Below are positions 39,683 to 50,900 of a stretch of 64,000 nucleotides of DNA, one piece after another. Source of the DNA: Epiperipatus broadwayi. Its lineage: Eukaryota; Animalia; Onychophora. How positions within the stretch are numbered: the stretch's first letter is position 1; every line of letters starts with the position of its first letter. The notes beneath the pieces are model-generated. The model did not search any database. It saw nothing but the letters and a program-made list of their open reading frames with translations, and was not told the DNA's origin. The stretch covers positions 12,834,001 through 12,898,000 of the forward strand of contig JAQFVV010000009.1 in the NCBI GenBank assembly GCA_028023455.1. Direction: 5' to 3'. Both the position numbers and the translations under genes were made by a program.

Positions 39683-41269
39683 TGCATAATTTAGCAATGC
39701 AAATAAGAAGGAGAGGTGAAAGGAAATTTGCATATTTATCTCCAGTTGATTAATTCTAATAATCAAAACTTTATCAAAATTTATAATATAACTTAGTATC
39801 CAAACACCCTCACCATGAAGTTATTGTTTGGTCATGGAATTCTAAAACTTAAATAATTAAACCTACATTCATACAGAACATGTAATCAAATTAAAAATAT
39901 TTTATAAAAATAGTAGTAATATATACAAAAAAGAGCATTATATAAAAATTTTGAAATTCTTTAATGAAATAAAAAATGAAAAAATTATACATACATTAAA
40001 AATAATTATTGCAAAAAAAAGAATAAAAGAAATTTGCTATTGAAAAATAATTACACATCAAACAGGAGGAGGCATGAAACATTTGCCCTGGATAAAAATT
40101 TATATCCTAACTGCAAGAAGCAAACATTTGGTTAAAAGGATCTTAGTGTTAGCAATTTCAAATTAAAAAAAAAAAAAAAGCTTCTACTGTGCTATTAAAT
40201 TAATTTCAGATCTATTTTTATTACTATCTTAATTAAAGAGAAAATAAAAGAAAGTATTTTTTTTTAATAACTAATATGGCTCAAAAAATAATTAGAATGC
40301 AATAGAAAAAGATTATAATTTACATCAAGAATCAATTACTTAAGGGAGATGAAAAAATTTACACCCAAAACCTATCAAACTCTCTGCAGGAATAGAACAA
40401 CTTTTCTTTCAAATATATGTATATATACGAAAGAATTTAAATATTATTTTATTAAAAAAAAACAAAACTATTTATCTTACTTTGTAGTAGTTAGCTAACC
40501 AAATTTTATAATTATTAAGGCTTAAAAATATTAAATTATAGTCTTAAATTTTCTTAAAGTTTATTTTTTCTTTTATGATAATTTAAGTGTTCATTTAGTG
40601 ACGTTTATTTTTTATAATTACAGACAGATCATAAATATTAAAAACATGCCCTTGCATCAAAGTAATTCATTTTCCAAGCCTATGAATCACAAACTATTCA
40701 AAGCAAATAAGCCACCTACTTAGAAAATGACCTAAAATTTATCATCACCATAATAAAGTCAGTAAGCCCTTTAGAAATTTAACAATTTCATTAAAATTAT
40801 TACTGAAGTTATTTTCTTCTTAATATTTTTAAAATATCACTAAATTCCTACCATATATATATATGTTGCAGACATTAAAATATTTTAAAAATGTACATTA
40901 GACTTAAATACATAATGATAAATTTATTTAGTAAATTTAAAATAGAAAAAAAAAATCACACACATATTCAGAATACCAAAAATCAGGACTTACTGATAAT
41001 TTATAATAATTATATCATTATTATTAATAAAGTATAGGCAGTTACTCAGTAGGTCAAATAACATTTGAGCAATAAAGTGACAAATTAAGAATAACAGTTT
41101 TATTTAATTAATCAAATTGATGTCCAGTATAGTTGTTGCAATGGTAGAGAGGCAGATTTTGGAGTTTAAGCCCATGGATTGTCTCCAGCTTTATCACTTC
41201 TGGGACTTGGAAGTTTTAATAAACTTCTGATCAAGAAAGCCATTAAATTATTATTTTTTAATTAAATTG

Positions 41270-42220
41270 ATTGATATATGAATGTTTCATGCTATGAAGA
41301 ATTGGCTTCTGCGATTTTGTTGCAAACAAGTGCAGTTGTTTTAAAAATAAAATCATTTATGGATAATTTCACATTCTGCTTTTCTAAATAATCATTCATT
41401 TCTTTATGAAATTTTATAATATTAGCCACATTAATATCAATGATAAAAAATAATGAGAAATTGTCTGTATGGATTCTAGAAGACATTTAGCAATAACCTG
41501 ATAAATACTGGACATTGGACTATCAACACAGACTTCCAACAGCTGGCACTATTCTACTTGGTAAAGCCACACATATATAGTGGCAGATAATATATCTTGT
41601 CCTGCAATCTCATTTTTCAGGACCACTTCCACTTATTATTAAAATATCAATTCCCTTTTTCAGCTGCTAGGTTTTTTGTAAGTGGAGATACAAAAACATG
41701 ACAACCTGGAAGTGGTAATAAACCCTAAAGAAGACAGAGGAAGGAATACCAATAAAGGTGGTGGTGGAGTTAGGGCTGCAGAGGGAGGCTGAGATGGTTT
41801 AGACCAGCAACAGGTGCTGAAGTAGGGATTGGAGTTCCAGTATCTTTATAATTTTTAAATGCTACAACATTCTTATAGGAATATCTTTATATCTTGCAGA
41901 AACTAAAATTGTTTCTAAATAACCATCTTCAGGTGTCTCAAGGCTCAACTGTAGTCTTGTCAGTTTCTATTTCAGCTAATAAATCATTTAATTTATCCCA
42001 TTCCCTTGTTCCCATTTCCATGGTTGAAGAAAGAGCAGGCAAAGGTACTTTGATATGTGAGGGAGACCATCATTATAACTATATAAATGACATAAGTGAT
42101 AGAAGGTATGTGAGAAGTAGTTATACAAAAATCTGATATTGGGCTTTGCTGTTTTTCCCATGAATGCAAAACCAATTGTGAGAGGGTACATAAGAAGATA
42201 GCCTTCCACCTATAATTCTA
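41270..42220 (-). pseudogene. DLAT: Processed pseudogene of dihydrolipoamide acetyltransferase (pyruvate dehydrogenase E2)
   Basis: [37 protein letters not shown] (lipoyl domain), a Pro/Ala linker, VFVSPLTKNLAAEKGID..GSGP (PSBD), then VIAKCLLESIQTISHY..DIN..KLSINDFIFKTTALVCNKIAEANSS*. No introns seen; stops and frameshifts; the catalytic C-terminus is absent. Confidence 0.9.
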
Positions 42221-43929
42221 CAGAATTAGTTCCCAAAATAACAACTTGTGCATTTCATACTGCTTAATCTAAAGGGACCCAAAATCTCAATATATCAGTT
42301 GCAGCATATGTAGCCAAGTAAATGCTTGCTTTCAAAACCAGGAAGAGAAATCTGTACAGATAAGTAATGTAAAACCTAATATTTCTATTGATACTTCCAT
42401 CAACAGCCTTACAAAGACTTCAGCAGATTTTATTGATTCTTACAGTCGGCAAAAATGGAATGAAACTAAAATGCATGAATATTGGTTACATGATGAAGAT
42501 AGACAACTAGTGGGGATCTTCCATTACTTAATATGACCACAATAGTTAATTCAACTAATAAAAATCTTGCAGAAAAAAGTGCCTTAACTAAATGAATTTT
42601 CTTTCTTGCTGGTCCTAAATTAAGATATTATGTTAAAACTATTCTTTAATTTTGTAGGTCAGATGATGTGAAAATAAGTAATGATTATAATTTAATAGAT
42701 CAATTTGTAATCTACTGCCATGGTATAATATTAAATTTAAAACTGCTGCCGAAAATTTGCTTTATAGTTGTTATAGAAAAATTATGCGACTCATTTTAGA
42801 AAATAAAATGCCATCTTTGGGTCTTTATCTCATCAAATCTCCAAGGAGAGTTATCCTCCAAAAGACCCTGTGTAATTTGGCATAGTTAGAATGGTAGATC
42901 AGTTCATGGCTCAGTTCTGCATTACTTCAATTATTTGAACTTATTATAAATTTCTGAGGAATAAAGTATTCAATTATTTTTACTTTCTCAGTTGGAAATC
43001 ATCCCCAAAAACTTTATCTCTTGAATCTATTAATTTCATTGCAGTGTTAATTACAAGTGATATAAGTTATGATTTTATTATATATATTATAAATTGACAA
43101 ACCAAAGCTTATAAATTAATACACACAAATATTTAAAAAAAAATAAACATTGTCTACAAGGAGTTTAAAATGATAATCATCATGTACAACTTAAGTGCAT
43201 CATATTACTGTTGATAAATGATAGAAAAATAAATGGGAAATGCTTAACATTATCAAAATAGTAATTGATTGAAAAATTCAATAAAATTTGGAAACACCTG
43301 CATAGATTTGTATATATCTAATAAAACAAACAGCATAAATCATGGCTAAATTTGCCACAAAAAACAAATGCATCAATTGAGTTCTTTAACCCAAAAACAA
43401 CACAAAAAAATATTTAAAATAAAATGACAGTCAATTTCAGTATTTATCTTGATTTCTATAATGAATTGCTATCAGGTACTAATTTTTTGATAATGTCTTA
43501 ATGATGTAAAAGGCTCATTAAAGTTTCAATCAAGTTATAACATTGAGATGTGGAATTGTATTGATAGAATGACAAACTACTACTGATGACATCACGGATC
43601 AAAGCATTTAATTCCATAATTATACCAGCTGAAAACTTAGAATACAATTTGTTACAGTGAATATCATGAACATTCAAATATAAATTATAATATTAAAAGA
43701 ATATCCCAGCAAAATGGAAAAGTTTATAAAAAAGAAAATCATAATTTCAGTGGTTTATAAAAACATGACCCATTCCATACCAATAAGGAGCTGCATTATA
43801 TTACAATAATAGTGCTTTATTTAATATTTAGTCAGCACAAGATCATTTAGCTGATTTTCTTAAGTTTAACCCAGAGATATTTGCCTGATAGCATAGAACA
43901 TTACTGAATAGTTAGTTGGGTTGAATATA

Positions 43930-44390
43930 TGGCAGCTGCCCAAAAGTAAAATTTTTCAGCATTGAATGAAAGCTTTTCTCAACATAGTGGTTATATATTC
44001 TGGAAGCTCTTTAATTTCAGCTTCAGATAACCATTTGCTCTTAAAATTTGTTCATTTGTCCAATAAATGGTAATTAGATAAAGTGAAATCAGTTTTACTT
44101 ATTAAGATATTAATGTGAGTAGGAATAATCTTGGCAGTAGCAAATGAAATTTCTTTATTTCAAAATACTGTCTGGCATTTTTTTTTTTTTTTTATCAGTG
44201 AGAAGAATTGAATAATATTGTCCATTGATATGTTTTTTGACCAATGAGAAATTTCATATAAATGATATCTTTGAATTCCAAAACATACCAGAAATGATGC
44301 TTGCCATTGTGATGGGGTGGAGGAATTAATGTGATCTATTATTTGCAATCATCTGATGAAATGGAAAATTAGGATGGATCATAATTTTAA
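43930..44390 (-). mobile_element. Second mariner transposase remnant
   Basis: Frameshifted NYDP..MFWNSK.IIYMKFL..KTINGQYYSILL..TDFTLSNYHLL, resembling mariner WDxKG / TINGxYY / PSDYHLF. Confidence 0.55.
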
Positions 44391-44459
44391 ACATTTTTTG
44401 TTTGCAGTTTTAAAACACCATACTACAAATTAACAATATATATATGTTATATTGCTTTT

Positions 44460-44806
44460 CAGAATATCCTCAACCTCAGACCGGTTTCTGCTACTGGCTT
44501 CCTCAGTAAGGTGCTAAGATATTCAAGCATTAGATTTAAAATACTAAGCCAAGTCCAACATTTTATCTAATGGATAACTATTAAGTAGAAAATCTGAAAT
44601 TTTCAGACATTCATATGTCTTCCAATTCAGCTATTCAGATACACAATATTAATAGCTTTAGCAGTATCAAATCACCAAAGGCTTAATAGCAAAAAATATA
44701 ATTACAAAGAAATCAAGTCATATATCACATGACCTAATTTAATAAATTTGTAATACAAACTTGTTAAATTAGGTCATGTGATATATGGCTTGATTTCTTT
44801 GTATAT
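44460..44806. mobile_element. Second insertion of the ~413-nt HHR unit family, ending in a short fold-back
   Basis: Collinear with 36880-37190, with an internal deletion. 44700-44742 is inverted at 44764-44806. Confidence 0.8.
44473..44512 (-). ncRNA. Best-preserved HHR-A copy
   Basis: ACCTTA-CTGAGGA-AGCCAGTAGCA-GAAA-CCGG-TC-TGAGGT: full core, palindromic CCGG stem III, GUC cleavage triplet and a 6-bp stem I. Confidence 0.75.
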
Positions 44807-45220
44807 ATATTACAAAAGTGATTCTTATTCTAAAGTATCATATTTCATGATCTAAAAGTCATTAAGAGTTCATAATTGTTATACCATTTATTATTCATAT
44901 TTCTATTATAAATTCTCATAATTTACATTTTGAAAATTAAAAATATAAGAAAGTTGATTTACTCGCTAATTCAAAAAATAAAAAATAAATAATTACTTCC
45001 AGATTAAATCATCTTACATATATCTTAATATAAAAAATTTGCTTTGGTATCACAATTGTTCATTTAACTGAATCTTTTTATCAAACCAATTCTGTAAATA
45101 ACCTTTCACAATCTAAAAAAAAAAAGTTCAGACCATATAGAAATACTAACATTAATTAAAAAACATTCTGGGTAGAAATATCCTGTTATTTACATATCAC
45201 ACATACATATGTAATATTAT

Positions 45221-46920
45221 AAGTATGGACTAATTCCCCTGATCATCAAGCGCTTTAATAATCTTTGTGCACTCTCCCCTGAACATCAACTTTAAAAGCA
45301 TAAGTGTACATTTATGCTTAGAATTTATTTTCTATATAAGCCAATCTTTGTTCACCATACTTAAATCAGGGATTCAATTTACTGGGTGTCTGAATATAAA
45401 TGATCAATTGAATTGTACAAACCTATTCAATCTACTGCAGGATAGAGATACAATCTCATTTTTAGCCATCTGCAATGAAATATAAATTTAAAATGTATAA
45501 TAAATTTTTCTTTTATGATTATAATTTATCAATATTCATGCTTACATGCTACACTCAGAAAAGCTTAACATTATAATACATTTGTACTTATTAAGGCTTA
45601 GTGCTTTTGAGGGCAAAGTACATCCTCATATTTATAACATTAATGTATGCATAATAAGGTTTATATCTATATATAAGGAGTAAGTTTATTTAAATTTACG
45701 TAAATTATATTATCCATTTGATAAATAGGAGAAAGCATGATTCCTTCTTATTTATAGCATTAGGATTGTTAGCAAGATGTCAGGTCTCTTTAATTTTCTG
45801 CTCGGAGTCATTTTGCTTGATGCATGGGCTCAAATATGTGGTCATTGCATGTTAGTAATGGAGGAAGATTGACTTATGTTCAGGTTTATTTATTGCCCAT
45901 TTGTAAAAATATCTTGATTGAGATATCCTTGTAGAGAGGCATGCATGTGATTCACCATAATAGATAATTCTACATCCTGCCTTGGGGCATGCATTTTTAC
46001 ATCGTGTGTAGAGTTTGGTCATTATGGAGCCTGTCCTTATAATTATTTATAAGCCTATTTATTGTGGGAGGAGTATGATAGCTTACTCAATGTGTTTGTG
46101 ATCACATTATATATATATATATATTTGGCTACCCTTGGTATATATGGGAGCAGTATCCAAAGCTTATCATTCTTGGGAGGGGTCATTTTTATTTTATTGT
46201 AAAATTGTTTAACTCTCCTTGTGAGGTCAGACTGCCTAAATCCTATCCCACTTACTTCATTTAGATATTACTCGATGTTTGATTTTCGATCAGCTTCATA
46301 CTTGCTAATTTGTGTTATTTATATAGCACATATGCATAAGTAATATTAGAAATAAGGACCAACTCCTCTGAGCATGTTTTAATAATCTCTGTGCACTCTC
46401 ATGAGCATCAACTTTAAAAGCATAAGTCTACACTTATGCTTAGAGTTTATTTTCTATATAGAAAATAAACTAAATAAATTCTAAGCATAAGTGTACACTT
46501 ATGATTTTAAAGTTGATACCATGGGAGAGTGAATGCATGGAGATTATTAAAGTGCATTCTCAGAGGAGTTAGTCCTTATTTATAATATTACATACTTATG
46601 GGTCCTATATAAATAACAGAATATTTATTACAATAAATTCAAAATTTACTTTGTATTTCATTGCAGGTGGTTAAAAATGAGATTGTGTCTCTCTTCTGCA
46701 GTAGATTGAACAGGTTTGTACAATTCAATTGATAATTTATACCTCTGCCACCCAATAGATTGAAGCCCTGATTCAAGTATGGTGAGAAAAGACTGATTTA
46801 TGTAGAAAATAAACTCTAAGCATAAGCATGCACTTATGTTTTTAAAATAGATGCTCATGTGAGAGTGCACAGAGATTATTAAAGTACATGCTCAGAGGAG
46901 TTAGTCCTTATTTATAATAT
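45221..46920 (-). mobile_element. Penelope-like composite: GIY-YIG 3' fragment (45690-46300) flanked by direct and inverted pLTR-like repeats
   Basis: LLPYIPRVAK..CPKAGCRIIYYGESHACLSTRISQ..KIKET*HLANNPNAINKKE. A ~280-bp repeat at 45221-45495 is inverted at 46640-46920, and partial copies at 46341-46588 form a palindrome. An HHR-like remnant (AAAAGCACTAAG) lies at 45595-45635. Confidence 0.75.
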
Positions 46921-47249
46921 ATCATTGTATTATATTTTAATTAGAATTTCTTTAGTATTCTTGAATTATTAGATCATTAGCTACATCAATGATTGGTTAT
47001 TCATATTAATCAAAAGATATTGTTTTTTTTTTAATATTATAATGCTCATTATCTCATAATAAGCAGATAAGCTTATTTCGGTTTGAATAATGAGATAGTA
47101 AAAAATACTAGAGTTATTAATCTGCATCATTTCACTTTTTCAAATGGATGATTGATGTGGTGTTTCATCATAGAAGACCTATTGAATTTTAATTTTCATG
47201 AAAAAAAAAAAAAAAAGGGAAAGCAAAAACAATAATCATGAAGTAGCCA

Positions 47250-48560
47250 TACTGAACTATCATTAGGTCTATTATAGATTTAGATTTAGTAATTTGGAGT
47301 CTGTATCCACAGGTAGTTTTAAGACTTTCTTAAGAGAATTATTTAGAAAGTTTAGTGTGGGATTTTTTCTCCAGATACACAGTATTCATCAAGAAGAAGA
47401 TACTGTCTGCAAAGTACTTGCATTACTATTCTTACTTACTAATGTCATCTAGCAGGTTATTTTTAGAAATTATTTTACATCTAACTTTAAATAGATGAAG
47501 ATAATGAATTGGGATGGTCTGAGGTTACTTCTAAGTAGCACAGATAAAATTGTGTTTTAGCCTATTATTGCAAAAGAATATTTTCAGATCGAAACGTTTT
47601 CCATTATTTAGATGCAAAATTGAGCATAGTGCCATTGTCAGATTAGGAATAAGACAATTTTTAAGATTTTCAAACTCTTTTTGGAAAGGATCTCTTTTGT
47701 GAAATCAAAACAGTGTCATCAGTATAGAAAATTTTTGAATTCTCATTTTAGAATATCACTGATGAATAAATTAAATAAAGTGGATTAAAAAACTGAGCTC
47801 TATGGTAAAATGTTATGTAAAATTTTGTATATAATAATCATTTAGAAGCATTTCAATATTTTTTATTGGAAAACACTTTGTCAAATCCTATATTTAAAGA
47901 TTTTAAACTTATAGAAAAATTTCCAAACAAGAATCAAAAGCTAGGGTTGGATCAATAAAAGTAACATCAATTTTTAAATTTATTTTGGAAGCCTATTTTA
48001 ATGTGTTATTAAAGATAAAATTTGTTCACAGTAGCTTCTCTCTAAGCTAACACCTATTCCATAGGTAGGTTTCCAAATCTGTCATTATATTCTTAATTTA
48101 ACAATCATTAGCTATGTGATTCATATTTGTATTTAATCACATCTACAAAGGTTAGTGGTTGATTAAGTTCATTTATAAAGCAGAAGAATAAGTGCAAAAA
48201 GTTATGAATTGTTTTGGAATTTGGATGAATGTCGAGAAAGAAGATCTAGATTTATGATAAGTCTTATGAAGCAAAACTACATTTTGAGTTATTGGCAAAT
48301 CTGATCTAGTTAACGGCTTTTTATAAATTTTTTGTGAGGCAATTTTACTAATAATATCTGTATGAAGGAATAAATGAATGAATAGGAAGCTGTTGCAAAG
48401 AAACAGACTTGACTATATCAGTATTCAAATAAAAGTTGATCACTTTTATGTAAGCTTGATAATTTGTAGAAACATCTCTAAAAGAACTATCACTGTCATT
48501 GCTAATGAGATCATCAATCTTATATACCAGATTTCTCAATTAGAGTGTTAGAATGAAAAA
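47250..48560 (-). mobile_element. RTE-X-like LINE remnants (two head-to-tail fragments)
   Basis: ERSYCEQILSLITH.KIGFQ, LP*SSVFNPL..YTDDTVL, LHLNN..FCNNRLKHN..ISKNNLL. The 48290-48420 block is homologous to 29560-29700. Confidence 0.65.
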
Positions 48561-49279
48561 AAAAATCATTACAGCAGAACGATAAGCTTTTCTCTTCACA
48601 ATGTTCCTATAATGTCAATCTAATAAATAGAAGATATTAATGAACTTTGGACTTACCCATGATTGTCTTAAATCAGGAAGTCATTAGCAGATGATATAAT
48701 TCCAGAATTTCTAAAAAAAAATTTGCATCTAAAGCCAAAACATCATTGGCAAAATTATTGGGAATATTATTAAAATGAAAACTATTACAAAAATTTGACA
48801 ATAACAAAGCTATAATAATCTTAAAACCAAATTAGACCTAAAAAAACAAACAAACCCTCATTTGTCCTTGTATTTTCTTGGATAATACAAATCACCTCAC
48901 AATTATTAAGTGAAAAACATACTATGCACTTAATAAATTCCATTCAATGTTTTTCTTTTTTTTTCAACTCTAATTTCCATCTGTGTGTATAATTAATTCC
49001 TTTTCCATTTAACAAGTACCTAAATACTTTTGCTCTTCCACTTTGAGATAAATAACTCCCATTTCCCATTAGACATTAATATTTTAGATTTTTCCTCACT
49101 AAATTTAAAATTTCTATATTTCTTCCTATATCTCAACATATCTTTAAAACTATTTGGAAAAAAAAAAAAAAAAAATGGATGAAAAAGAGATATGAATGTG
49201 GAATTGAATAAAGGGATAAAAAGATTTTTTAAAAAGGAAAAGCACAAGGACTAGATAGTAAAGCAACTAAAAAGCAATA

Positions 49280-49800
49280 AGCTTGTGAAGAAAATTATAA
49301 TAAAATTATAGATGCTAATAAGATTCCAGATGAGTGGAAGATTATAAAAATTAGATTATTGTACAGTGAAATGGTAGTGAATTTCAAACACTTAACTAGC
49401 TATAAAACAGTATCAATTTTCATAGTTTACAAAATGTTTATTTATATATTAATGAATAGGATTAGACTTAAATCAAAGGAAATTAAAAATTTCTAAAGAT
49501 TCAAAAATGGATTTCAATCAAGAAGATGAATAGGGATTTATAGTGATACAGTGAGGAAGGTATGCTATTATTTATTGCATTTTTAGATAAAGCAAAGGCA
49601 TGTGATAAACTGGATAAAAATAGATCATAGAGAACTTTTGAAAATATGGGAATAAAATTGGACTGTTAATAATGAGTTTTACAAAAATAATTTTTATAAA
49701 TACAAAGTGGAAAATATAAAATTGGTGGAAATTAAGTATTTTAATTGTGTTAAAATAGGAATGTCTATTGGGTTAGACAGAAAAATTGGGGCTAGAAATA
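49280..49800 (+). mobile_element. LINE reverse transcriptase remnant
   Basis: NKIPDEWK..YKMF..MNRIR..NGFQSRR..IAFLDKAKACDKL..ENMGIK. Confidence 0.6.
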
Positions 49801-49829
49801 TTCATAGTGAAAACCAGGAAAATATTATA

Positions 49830-50900
49830 TTATAGTGGCTCTCTTTTTAGTGGATAATATGACATTTTATTACAAATTCATAGAATATTTTTTCAAGTTT
49901 ATTTCATCACTCTTGCATTCATTTCTCTTTGCATTTAACAAGATAACAATCAATTTCTTATTTCTCTTTTTCAAATATCTTCTAAATTTTTACAGATCTT
50001 ACTTCTTACATGTTAATTTCATCAATTACTTATTAAGTCTATCCAATTTCCATTTTAATTATCTTCTACTATCCCCTCATTCCCCTTAAGTAGCTATCCC
50101 ATTGAATGCCTACTTTATCTTTCAACATTGGTTTTTTAATAATCTCTTTATAGTGCATATATCTAAAGCACCTCCACCCCCATCTTCTCTTATTAACTTT
50201 ATTGTTTCTAAATAAACACTCATTTGCAACCTTCCTCACCAAATCCATCCATTTTTCATAAATTTTAAACTCATCAAGTTTTGTAATTATTTTCAAAATA
50301 TTATTAAACTTTCTTAATTTAACATCATGTCTTATTTCCCATCAATATCTTTAATCTTTTTATATGTTTTAAATATCCATAATTCTATCAGCATAAAATT
50401 ATATTATTGCATATATCCCCCCCCCCCCCCATATCAAACACTTTAATTTTTTTAATAATTTCTTTTAAACTATTGAACATAATCAAAGAATATAGTTCAG
50501 ATTCTGCCTCTGTATTTTACTCAAATTCAAAATTTTCAACCAACCCTTCTCATAAATCAATTTTTATTAATGTCCCATTCATACTTTCCATTCAATATTT
50601 TAATAATTTTGTGCATAATTACATGGAACAAAATTTCAAAAATACTTATTAATTAAACACTTAAATGTATTTTCAGTGCAGAGCATCTCTTCAAATATTT
50701 TAGAATTATTCTTTTAAAATTCATCTATATTCCTATCCAAATATTCTCATTCTTTTCTTTCACAACCTCTCCATTTCCACTAAATAATGCCACACATTTA
50801 TTTCTCCATACCCAATTCCAATCAAATTCACAAACGTTTTATATAATTTCTTTCTAAAATATTCTTTTTAATAATATCATTATATCTAATTTGTCTCTAT
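49830..50900 (-). mobile_element. Highly decayed LINE-like remnant (EN-RT linker)
   Basis: ORF 50069..50296 and the purine-rich minus strand resemble a LINE inter-domain region; no diagnostic motif. Confidence 0.3.

Noticed and set aside
43583-43600. CTGATGACATCAC (also at ~62832)
   Set aside because: No stem II or GAAA; a short shared word only.
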